Assembly: GCA_002245135.1 (NCBI GenBank)
Contig: NGBS01000586.1
Span: 248,001 to 312,000, forward strand
Length of the DNA: 64,000 nt
Reading direction: 5' to 3'
From: Proteromonas lacertae
Taxonomy: Eukaryota
The position numbers and the translations under genes are program-made. A model generated the notes under the pieces. That model searched no databases. It was not told where the DNA came from and was given only the letters and a program-made list of their open reading frames with translations. Of the stretch, positions 50,979-62,847 are shown piece after piece. The first letter of the stretch is position 1. Every line of letters begins with the position of its first letter.

Positions 50979-51794
50979 TATAAATACATCAACTGCATCT
51001 CTCAATTCACTCACATAACTTCTCAATGTATCATTTTCTTTTTGTAATTCAATAAACTGATTATAATAACTCTCACTTACAACACTTTGAAATTCTTCAC
51101 ATGCATCTTCTTCGCTTGTTTTCCATTCATATCGTGGTTCTAGTGGCATTGAGTCTTTACCTAATAAAACAGATCCATGACGGAATTTCTTTGATGAATT
51201 TGTTGATTTGATGTGGTTCACTAAAGCTTCTCCTGATTCTTTTAATCTGTTTATATTTCCCTATTTTTGTATTAATATTTATTATATTATATTATATTAT
51301 ATTATTTATACTTGATATTGATTTTCTAATCGACTGATTTTAAAATTGTTTCGTTCTTTCTCTTTGTTCTTTTCTGAATATAATTTCTTTATTTCTTTTT
51401 GTTTAATTTTTAGTTTGTTTATTTCTTCTTCTCCATTTTTGATTTTTTGATTTGTTTCTCGAATCTTATTTCTTATTATACTTTCATCATTTATTAATCG
51501 ATTTCTTTCAGCTTCTTTCTTTCGAAGAGTTATTTGAGATTCTTCCAAACTGCTCAAATCACTTCTTCTTTGATTGATTAGAGTATATAAACAGTTTATT
51601 ACTTTTATTGCATCTTCTTCTGATAACTGAAGAAAATTGGAAGGTACAGGAAATTTCATATCTTCCATTCTATCAATTGATTATCAATAATGAATATACG
51701 TAATTTTTAAGAAAATTGCTTTATCATAAATAGAGATGACATTAGGATCTCCATGTGTAGGAGCTACATAGTTAAAATTTGATAAAATATACTC
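48691..51794. repeat. Tandem direct duplication with two identical blocks (48691-49342 = 50451-51097; 49582-50147 = 51229-51794)
   Basis: Direct comparison; identical ORF translations 49659-50021 vs 51306-51668; differences seen only in intronic microsatellite length. Confidence 0.92.
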
Positions 51795-51888
51795 TGAGCT
51801 CCTGTATCAGACATAGTAACGCTAGTTGCTGTTGATCTGCTATCTATAAAATACTCAGATATTAAAATATACCATCATCCTCTTCCAT
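50310..51888 (-). CDS. SSX2IP/ADIP-like coiled-coil protein, tandem copy B
   Basis: Same core as copy A, with different first exons, internal segment and C-terminus. Confidence 0.55.
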
Positions 51889-52040
51889 AATTTCAAATTT
51901 TAAATAAAATACAAAGAAATACACTCAAAATACACACAAATTTTGTATTCTGTTTAAATAGCCAAAACAACATAAATATTATAAAATAAAATAATTAACT
52001 GGAAAATAGAAATAGACATATACATATAGGATATTAAAAT

Positions 52041-53048
52041 TTAATCAATATGTTGATACCTCTTTGTTAGTCTCATTTTCATGAAGACCATCAACATAAT
52101 AATCAATATAACTACTACTATAATAACTACTATGATTGCTATTGTTGTGCCTTTTGATACATTCGTTGCAGTATATTCAAATTCTGGAGTTCCTTGAGTT
52201 CCTCGATATGCTATTGATAAACCAGATTTAAGATGAACTACTGCATTAAAAGTATAATTCACATTTTGAACTAAATCTTTAACCATTACAGACTTCTTAC
52301 TATTAGGCGAAGGATTTACTATAGATTCTGATTTTGCTGCTACTTTTGCTTTGATTAATTCTTGTAGTCCACATTCTGTTTTCATTACACATTCATCTTC
52401 TGCACCATCAATTATATTGCATTTGGTACCTGCTCTTTTAGATCTTTGGACTTTATAAACATCATATGTGGCTTCAGAATCACTTGTTGTATTAAATGTG
52501 ACATTCATTTCCATCGGATCACCTTTCAATATGATGTCATCAATCTCAGGAGAGACAGCTTCCATATAATCTATGTCATCAACATCTGGAGGATCAGTAT
52601 AATACACACCAATTTGATATTTTGTATCGTTATAAGAAAAGACCTTTATAAATAATGCGATAAAACGAGATGGAACAGTTATTATATTATCTGCATATCC
52701 TGCACTTTCAGACCAATACTGATCCATATCAAGATCTGATACATTTGCAATAGGAGGATATACTGTTAACTTAATACTACCATAGCATGGTGAAGCCATT
52801 ATTGTAATATTCTGACTAGTTGGTATTTTATTATAAGCAAATTCAAAAAGCCTGTATACACCAGGTTCCTGAGAATATATGTGTTCACTTTTGTTGGTAT
52901 TTTGATCATGTTCGTGGAGTATTATACAACCTTCTATAAGCGCACCTTTATTATCGTGACAAGGTAGACGTCTATCACATAAAAGCAGAGATCAGCAAAA
53001 TGATAAGTATCTAAAAGTAAAAATTAATTTATATACTATATATTTCAT
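52041..53048 (-). CDS. Single-pass type I surface protein family, member 2
   Basis: Signal peptide, ASPCYGSIKLTVYPP, CVMKTECG, FN3-like DLVQNVNYTFNAVV, TM IAIIVVIIVVVILIIML, short basic tail; frameshift near 52981. Confidence 0.8.
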
Positions 53049-53389
53049 CTATAGGGTTAGAAATAATCAAAACCACTATTTCAATTTTTGTAACTGATGA
53101 CTATTCCAGAATAATGTCATTTTTTCTAATTCTTATTTCTTCACACTTACCTATTCATTGAATTATATTAATGTATTATTAATTTCATTAATGTATTGCG
53201 TATATAAAAATTTATTGTATGTTATTTTTACTGGTTATAGTAGAATGTTAATGTTAGTGCAATTGCTATAACCATTGAAATTGATTGTTTGATATTTTTT
53301 TAGCATCTAGATAATTAAATTATATAAATTATGAATAATTAAGAATTAACTTAAACAAACAAGTATTCTCTTAAGTTAAATAATTACAA

Positions 53390-54489
53390 TTAAATATTAC
53401 CTTCATAAATATATGTTTACATTATTATATATACCTAAACTTTTGTCAATATCTCTATTTTCGTAACTATTTGTTTTTATTCGTTCATACCTTTTTACTA
53501 ACCTCATTTTCATATAAATCATCAATATGATAAGTAAAATAACTACCACTACAATAGACACAATTATTGCTATTGTTGTGCCTTTTGATACATTCGTTGC
53601 AGTATATTCAAATTCTGGAGTTCCTTGAGTTCCTCGATATGCTATTGATAAACCAGATTTAAGATGAACTACTGCATTAAAAGTATAATTCACATTTTGA
53701 ACTAAATCTTTAACCATTACAGACTTCTTACTATTAGGCGAAGGATTTACTATAGATTCTGATTTTGTAGCCACTTTTTGTTCAATTAATTCTTCAATTC
53801 CACACTCAGTTTTCACTACACAATGTTCTTCATCTCCATCAACTATATTACATGGTATACCACTCTTTTTAGATCTTTGTATCTTATAAACATCATATGT
53901 GGCTTCAGAATCACTTGTTGTATTAAATGTGACATTCATTTCCATCGGATCACCTTTCAATATGATGTCATCAATCTCAGGAGAGGCAGCTTCCATGTAA
54001 TCGATCTTATCTAAGTCGGGAGATTTAGTATAATACACACCTAACTTATATCTTGTATCATTTAATGCAATAATTGAAATTTTTAGATTTGCAAATACTG
54101 CTGGTACTGTAATTAAATTATCAGCATATTCTTCTTCACTGTGCCAAGTATTTTCACCTATTTCTTTTGGAAATTCATCTGTTGGCGGTGATACTAACAG
54201 TTGTATAGTTCCATGACATGGAGATGCAAAAATTGTTATATTTGAATTCCAAGGAGGCATTTTTTCAGCAACAAATTCATAATATCGAATGGAGTTTTTT
54301 TTCTTGTTCAAAAACCATTTCAGTATTGTTAGCATATGGTCCTTCACTAATTTCATCACAATTAACAATTTCATCACCCGATATCTTGTGACAAGCTTCA
54401 TGAACACTATAAACGGATTCAAAAATTGCAGCAAATGCCTATTAACAATTAAATAGGTTGTATTATACCACCAAATAGATAAAATTCAT
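53390..54489 (-). CDS. Single-pass type I surface protein family, member 3
   Basis: Same architecture as member 2; frameshift in the A-run near 54300; terminal 34-nt intron, then GNI*. Confidence 0.8.
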
Positions 54490-54606
54490 ATTACAAAAAA
54501 TAGTACCGTTTCTTAACTGAATGTTATTTTTATAAATCGTAATAAATAATCATAATAATAAAACGCAAACACTTTTAGAAGTACATAATGATGATTGTTA
54601 ATAAAA

Positions 54607-56120
54607 TTATATCAAATTTTCAGAAAGTAGATTATTCGAGTGATATTCATTCACTAAGTCTTCAAACCCCAATTTTATTAACAATCTTTCAAGTTCTTTT
54701 CTTTCTACTCTTTGTTTTTCTACAGTGACATATTTTACCTCGCCAAATAAAGGTGCAAATAATAACAACATCATTAAAATCAAATTCACTAATAATCCAA
54801 TGTAAAGTATTGTTTCACTAAATACTTTATTATAATATTCATCAATACTACTACAAGTATTATCATTTAAGAAATCACACTAATCAATATTATTATTATT
54901 ATATACTTTACTGGAGGAAATATGATTTATACAACACTTTTCATGTGTTTCAGAATAATTTGATATATTATTGGCAAACATACCATTTATGCAAAAAATC
55001 AAACCTGTCACACAAAATACTAACTGTATTGCTAATATTATATATCTATAGCCTTTTTGCTTGTTTTCTAAACATTTAATATATAATTTTTTATAACTCA
55101 GTGAAAAAATAAGCATAAGAATTGAATGGACTAATTTGACTATATATATATCTTTAGAAATTAAATTAAAACCAATTCTACCAGCATAAACCAACTCTAT
55201 TACACTCCATACAACATATGCTAGAGTTATAATCTATTTTATTTTATTTTAACATATATTATACACTCAAAATTACAGTTACAATAGAAAGTCTCTGATA
55301 ATAAACTGATAATTGATTTGTTTTACCACAACCCTTTTCATAAACATTGGGATTCTTTTGTAATTTTTTTCTTATAGATTCTATCCCATATTTATTAATT
55401 CTATATCTTAATTTTTTTAATTTTTCTGAATCAATTATTTCTTCAGATATTTTACCTTCATTTTTTAACATTTTTCTGGTAAAGAAAATATAACTAAGCT
55501 GTTTAGATTATATTACATATAATAGATACTGCAATAAACATAAAAAATACTGAACTCATTATATTAGTCATTATTCCAATATTTTCAATATAATCAAATT
55601 GACCTTTTGTCATATTAAATGATTCACATCCATAGCTTTCCATAAAATTGCATTTGATTGAATATGTCAAGTCAGGACAACAAATACTCATTGTATTATT
55701 TACTTTTTCATCTGTTATAGAAGATGATGGTAAAACAAACAAGCAACATACTAGAATAAGAAATATAGCCAAATTAGGTATTAGAACAATTGACTCTATA
55801 GTACTCCACATTCTTGAAGATATAGATTCGCCATAGTAAATGAATATTAACATTGCTATTATTCCATAAAACATCAATATTAGTGGATATACTCCTAACA
55901 ATTTTGGAATTACATCAAATCCTATTCAGTAAAGTATATTTATTATTTAATAAATACCCATTGAAGATGATTTATTAAATACAATTATTCCATAGGTTAA
56001 TAACACTATACACCATACCTATAGGTGAAAACATTAATGGCGATACTATATTAATAGCGATAATAACATATTGTCCAACATTTCTGGATAATGATTGTGA
56101 CTTACTATAACTTCAACCAT
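54607..56120 (-). CDS. Uncharacterised multi-pass membrane protein
   Basis: ATG 56120; several exons with many hydrophobic helices and Cys-containing loops. Confidence 0.55.
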
Positions 56121-56581
56121 TTTAAAATTTCAAAAATATATTCGTTTCAGTTTCAGTTTTTATTCAATATGTTGTTATAGAAATTATATATGTAGAAAAT
56201 AATAATACTATGAGCTAATTATTACTATTCTACTGTTTAAATTAAGTCAATATTATGATAAACTTTAGTTTTTAAATAATACACGAAAAATACTTTAAAA
56301 ACAATTTTATATATATTAGTTTAGCTATGTAATTCTAGTAAACATTTGTTATATTACACCTTTGCTTAGTTATTTTTCATTATTTCGACGAAGATATTAT
56401 TATAAATGAAAACATTTGCATCATAATATATTCATTAAAACCTTTTAATAGCAAACTGAACAGTAGAAACTGTAATAAATTCAAAAATATCTCAAAAAAG
56501 CTTGATAGAACAAATATAATAACTGTTGGAATTATCAAACGAAAATTTTTATTTCTCTTTACTGAGCCATTGAATAGATTA

Positions 56582-57700
56582 ATGAATAGTTTATATGTAT
56601 AAAATTTATTTATTATACATCTTTTATAGGTTATATTTTTCCTTGTATTATTACAAGGTTCATTAAGTAAAAATGCTGCTTCACCCTGGCCTATATGCTA
56701 TGATCATAATGAAGAAGAAGTAAAAAACTGCCAATGAATTAAAGGCAGGTCCTTATAAAAATGGAATCCCAGCAAATTTCACAATTTCAGCAGGAGAAGA
56801 AATTCATTTCGATTGGATGTTAGATGATTTTTCTTACATTAACCAAGAAAATCCTCCAAATATATCTATTGTAGCTTCACCTTGTGTAGGAAATGTTTAT
56901 CTTTTAGTAAAGCCTCCACTTGATCCTCATCCTTCGTATGTAAATGGTAAACCAGGAGATAATGAAGGATGGTCAGCTACTTATAATTATTCCGACAATG
57001 CTTTAAGTGTTCCTTTACAAATTGGTAGATACTATATAACTGTATATGCTGTTGAAGATAGTGAATTCCAAATAGGTTTATATATCTTAAATGGTATTTA
57101 CATTATATATATATATATATATATATATATCTTATAGATACTTTGGATTTACCCGATCTACAAGATGATACTGTTATGGATGCAAAGGCACCAGAATTAA
57201 ACAGTTTAGTAATGGCTGGAGATCTAATGACTATGAATATATTCTATAACTCAACAGGTATCAAAGGTGCAAAATATGAAATGTATACTGTTCAACATGC
57301 TAATAGAAATGAGACTTGTGGTTTAAAGAATAAAGGAGATCACCCTGGTGATTGTGTAGTAAAAACTTCGTGTGGTTTAAAAAGATTAGAAGAAAAAGGT
57401 TATGCTAAAATATCAAAACAATGGAATAGTACTGTAGATGATAATAACATGACAACTGTAGGTGATTTAGTGCAAAATGTGAATTACACTTTTAATATTG
57501 TTGTAACATTACCAGAAGGATTAAAATTGGCATACACTGGTACTGAAGGTACTCCAGAATTCCATTATGAAGCTACAGCTGTTGATAAGACAACTACTAT
57601 TGTAATTATTGTGGTAGTTTGTGTGATTATTGTGGTTGTTATTATAGGTATGATATTATTGAAGATTAAATTAAGTAAATCCTATCAGAAGATGACATAG
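56582..57700 (+). CDS. Single-pass type I surface protein family, member 4
   Basis: Signal peptide, HFDW, ASPCVGNVYLLVKPP, CVVKTSCG, DLVQNVNYTFNIVV, TM helix; frameshift near 56731. Confidence 0.8.
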
Positions 57701-57918
57701 AAGTAAATTTCACACAATTTATTAGTTACATTTTCTTTATATAAAAAAAGTATTTTATATTGTATTATTAATATAATTTTGTTTTGATTTCCCGTATTTA
57801 TCACAGTCAATATGAAATACACTAAAAATACAGATTTATACACCAAAATACATTTTTCTGTTATTATTTTTTACCCTATTATATATATATTTAATCACTA
57901 AATAAATATTTTAAATAC

Positions 57919-58644
57919 ATGGGTAAGACTAGCACAGATCTTAAAATAGTAAGCATCAGTGTAACTGATCCAGTTATTTGTATCAGTTATGAAAAGAAGT
58001 CGATAGGTTTTTATCTAGTAAAATCTGTGATTAAAGAGGGTATATATAATGTGAATTTACAAGTGTATCATCGATATCAAGATTTTATTAGTCTTCAAAA
58101 CAATTTAGTTGATCAATATCCTGATGCACCATTTCCACAAATGCCACCAAGAGAAATCCCGTGGTTTGTGGACCATACAAATCCAAATTTCCTCCAAAAG
58201 AGGAAAGATCTATTCGACAGTTATTTAAAACAGTTGTTAGACATTCTCTCAAAAGAAAAGAATTATTTACTATTAAATTTTCTTGGTTATTACGACAAAG
58301 AATTAAGAGAAGTGTCATTATTGTTTTACACTCCAACAATAGGTATAAAATTAAAAGAAAATGAAAAAGATGAAAATTATAAAGCAGTAATAATGTCATT
58401 CCCACATACAAAAGATGATAAGCCAAGTGCAGCAGAATTATCAAATTTGATAGATATTGGAGATTGTATATCAAATATAAACGGAGAAACGATGAAATCA
58501 AAAGCATTTGATGAAGTATCAGCTATATTACAACTTAGTGATAAAAGGCCAACGATAATCACGTTTAGAGGGAAAATGATAAAATCAACTGAAGATGAGA
58601 AATTTGATGATGATACAAATAATAACAATATTAATAATAAATAG
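57919..58644 (+). CDS. PX + PDZ domain protein (sorting-nexin-like)
   Basis: VYHRYQDFISLQNNL..PFPQMPP..FLQKRKDLFDSYL (PX); IGIKL..AAELSNLIDIGDCISNINGE..PTIITFR (PDZ). Confidence 0.85.
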   Translation: MGKTSTDLKIVSISVTDPVICISYEKKSIGFYLVKSVIKEGIYNVNLQVYHRYQDFISLQNNLVDQYPDAPFPQMPPREIPWFVDHTNPNFLQKRKDLFDSYLKQLLDILSKEKNYLLLNFLGYYDKELREVSLLFYTPTIGIKLKENEKDENYKAVIMSFPHTKDDKPSAAELSNLIDIGDCISNINGETMKSKAFDEVSAILQLSDKRPTIITFRGKMIKSTEDEKFDDDTNNNNINNK

Positions 58645-58727
58645 AAATTATACAAAAAAAACAAACAATAAGTCAGTTTTATTATTATACAATTGAAAAT
58701 TATTAAATGTAGCTAAATTAAATTATC

Positions 58728-61700
58728 TTACAATTGTTTCTTTTTATTTTTGGCCCTTTCATACCTCGATTCTAATAATTCTTTAAATGTATCTTTGGTT
58801 GTGTATTTCAATTTAAATTTCGTATCAGTTGATCCAAATACAGATACATAGTATTTACCACAACAGTAATGAGGGTCATTTGTAGCAATATCAATTGTAT
58901 CAGATCCTTCTCCTACACTTGCCCAAGTAAAAGCATTTGATGTTGGATGTCGAACTATATTGCAGGCAAACAAATCGCCATCACCTTCTAATACATTCAA
59001 TTCAATTTTGATTGATAAAATGTCTTTCACTTCTAAACTGAAGAATCTATATTTATTTTTCTTTACATTTCCTTCAAATTCTTTTCCTTCTGTTAATGGA
59101 ACATCCCAACCTTCTGGAATTTCACCTTTATATAAGCTCCAGTTCACTTTACTATTTTTTATCAAATTCTCAATTACTTCTCTAGTATGTTGCTTTGAAT
59201 CACTGTCGTGTATATAAGCTAAATCTCTAACAGCCAATCTAACAGCTCTCGCATAACAAACTGAAGCATTCTTGAAATCTTCTAATTTTTCATATTTCTG
59301 CGCTCTAAGAGTTAATGTATATCTATCTTCATCAGCTGTAAAGTCATAAAACACTTCTTCACCATAACTCCTCAAAGATGCTAAAAATTCAACAATATAG
59401 AAAGATTCATTACCACTAACAAATGGAATATGTTTTTCTTCATTATCATTGTCACTTTCTAAATTAATTTGTCTATCATTATCTAGCTTCAATATTTCAT
59501 CTTCTATTTCATCATCATGAGTTTTTCTAGTTTTTGCATTTTTTTCATTTGCTTTATCTTTACTATCTTTTGAACTAATTGAACCATTGAATAGTCTCAT
59601 CGCTTTATCATTCTTTTCTACATAAACTTCTACCAATTCATCCAACCTTCTTCCTAATGTGTCAATATAATTCTCACTACCTATTTTATACATTCCTTCT
59701 TCTTCTTTGAATGTTACATACTGTGCAGACCCACAAATATTGGCCTGATATGTCAAACCAGTTTGGTTTTTCTCATGATTAAAATTCATTGGATCATTAA
59801 ACCCAGTAAAACTATACAGCATTACTAATCCTTTTTCTTTAGCTATTGTGTTGTTTTTAGATGGTGAAGGAGAAGGTATATACACTTGATTCAAGTGATC
59901 TTTATAAATTGCATCACTATTCCACAATTTAGATATACTGTTTTTTCTACTATTTCTACTTGCTCTAGAGCTATTTCTTGAGAGTATTCTTGAGTTATTT
60001 CCTCCCCTTGGTTGAGATGGAGGTACAGGTTGCAATCCTCCTTTTATAGAGGGTACAATAATTGGATTCAATAAATCAGGAATTTTGGGAGTTGTAATTT
60101 CACTATCAGAGGCATTAAAACTACTCAAACTAGTTTGACTTGACATATTCGAACTTACTGCTGATAAATTATCAAAATTAAAGGCTTGTGTGTTTTGCAT
60201 TATATTGGGTCTTGCTCTATGATGCGGAGAAAAACTAATTCTTCTTTGTTCTTTAAATTCTACACATTCTTCTTCTTCTTCATCTAAATCGGTTGTTTTT
60301 ATTCTTTTACTTGTGGCATTACCATTATCATCTACTTCTATTTCTAAATCTTCACCACCTTGAATATTTGTTAAAAATTCTTCTGCATTATCAACAATAC
60401 CAAGACTAGTAGTACTAATGACATTCACTCTAAACAATTTCTTTATATTTGGATCTATATCATAAGGACTATTATTACCACTTCCCATTACTGGAACTAA
60501 TTGTCCTTTCAGTAATTTACTTGGATGTTTCAAATGTTCATCGAATAACAAGTTGGCTTGATGAATATGAACTAATTTAATCCCTTCTTTCACATAACTC
60601 TTTATTTCACCACTATTTCTTTCATAATTATAAAATCTAAAATCACAAATACTTCCTTCTAAGAAAAATCCTCTTCCAGTCTGTATACTTCTACCTAAAA
60701 AGAAGTAATCATATTTCAATAAAGAACAATTAATAATTGGAATTTCACCTTTCACATCTAATACTCCATTGATATATATTTTCACTATTCCCTCCTTTGA
60801 AACAGTTAAATCCAAATGACACCATTTATTAGAAGGTAACAAATGAGTTGTATTTACATATATCCATTTAGTATCAGCTGGATCTTTATTTACATCATTT
60901 TCATAATCATATTCATCATCACTATTTTCAGTATTTTCAGTATTTGAAATTTCATTACCATATTCATCAATTTCAATGTGTTTTTTCTTTTTATAATTTC
61001 TTTCATATTCATCTCTTTCTTCAGAATTCATTGGAATTGATATACCAAATCTTATTCTACCTGTATTTCTCAAAAATCCTAAATACATCATATAATCATG
61101 GTTATTATTACTAAACCTTCCTAATTCAAAGATTCTACTTCCATCTTTAAAACAATTACATATATTTAAATAAACACCAACACTATATTCGATATTATTA
61201 TAATTTTTAAATAAAATATCGTTAGAAGGAGGTAAACAAACATAAGATTCTTCTCCTTCTAACTCTAAAACACTTGTGTTAAACTGTTGAGCACATAATA
61301 TTCTTTCTTCTTCAGTTCTTTCATGTTTTTTAATATTAATCTTTTTATTCTCATTTTCTTCTCTTTTAAAATGCTGAAATTATATTTTTAGGATGATAGG
61401 ATGGTTTTGGTTGATGTGTTATTAATCGAGGTGAAGCTGTAAATGGACGAAATTTTCTCATTTTATGAACTTTTACTTTTCTTCGATTAGGTGGAGCACT
61501 TTTTGGTGGTAGTGGATAAGGTCTTTTCTTACTATTTGTTGTTATTTCATTTCCATTATTTTCATCATTATAAATATCATCATCATCATCATCATCATCA
61601 TTTACTTCTTCTATATCATTCATTATTATATTCTCTTCATTATTATGATTATTGTCATTACTCTCCCAAGCACTAATTTCATCATCTTTATTATTATTAT

Positions 61701-62676
61701 TATTTCCAATTGCAGATTTAGTTATTCTTGTAAGTGGTGAACTTTTTCTAAACCTTTTTGGAGATGTTGTTTTTGGTCTTTTCACATATAATGGAGATTC
61801 CATTTGTCTTCTTGTCGATGGAATATAAGGAGATTCTTTTTCAATATAATTCGTCTCAATAAACATTTTTTGATTATCATTTCGGATAGAATCATTTTTG
61901 TTATTTTCAGTAGCAGGGACCCAATTTGGACCAATCCATCCATTGTGGCTGTTATTATCACTTCTTAAAATTGATATTTCCTTTGGATCTACATATTCTG
62001 TTACTGTCTTTTTTACATTATATTGTCGCGATGGAGTATATAGATTCTTTCTATCTCTTGCCTTTGGAGTATGTTGCCTTCTTTCATTCTCTCTTTGTTT
62101 TGCTATTGATACTCTTTTTAATAATTTCTTATAACTCTGTTGGTTGGTTTTATAATGGTCTATTTTGGTCTCTACAGAACGAATTGTCTGTTCTCCTTGT
62201 ACAGCACTTCCTTTCATTGAACGATGAGTTGATATTGATACACTAATTGGTATTAAAAATGGTGGATTAAGATTGGTACAAGTTTCACCTTTGATTGATA
62301 TACAGTAAGTGATTGAACCATTTTTGGGTGGATTGGGTGGGTCTATAGAGAGCGTAAAATTGGTTTTGTCCTTTTGTGAATTACAAAAACTATTATATTT
62401 ACATAATAAATAATTAAAATACTCAAATCTATTTGAAGTTGGGAAATTATTGTCAGAACTAGCATATAATCTTACAGTTCCATTTGTAGGTTTTACTATT
62501 ATTTTTACTACTTGAGTAGAATCTTTTAATGTGTATTTAAAATTTGAATATGTGTCCTAAGTAAGTATAATGTTTGAATGAAATACTTTCTCGATAATGA
62601 ATCTCATATTATTACCATTATTTAATTCTCTCCACTGTTCACCTATTCTACTGGAGTGATTCTTACATTCTTCCAT
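58728..62676 (-). CDS. Large protein with LamG/concanavalin-like domain and C-terminal PPC-like beta domain
   Basis: ORFs 61366-62217 and 58728-61091 join via a 1-bp shift at ~61368. LEGEESYVCLP..WCHLDLTV..IYINGV..FLGRS..LEGSICDFRFYN (LamG); GDGDLF..GKYYVSVFG (PPC-like). Confidence 0.65.
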
Positions 62677-62847
62677 TAATCGTATCTAATTCCTGTATTC
62701 TTTGAGTGAATCTATTGCTTTCTTCTTCCAGAAGTTGAATCGACATATTCTTTTATCTCTATCCCTTTGAAAAAAATAAAAATAAAAATCAAACAGTTTC
62801 TTTTTTTCGATGAAATTAACAAAATTTGCGTAAACCCATTTTCAAAA

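Noticed and set aside
9860..61370. Repeated 1-bp frameshifts (~9872, 39600, 44220, 52981, 54300, 56731, 61368) as programmed frameshifting or RNA editing
   Set aside because: Most fall in short homopolymer runs, go in both directions and share no slippery motif; long-read consensus error is the simpler explanation.
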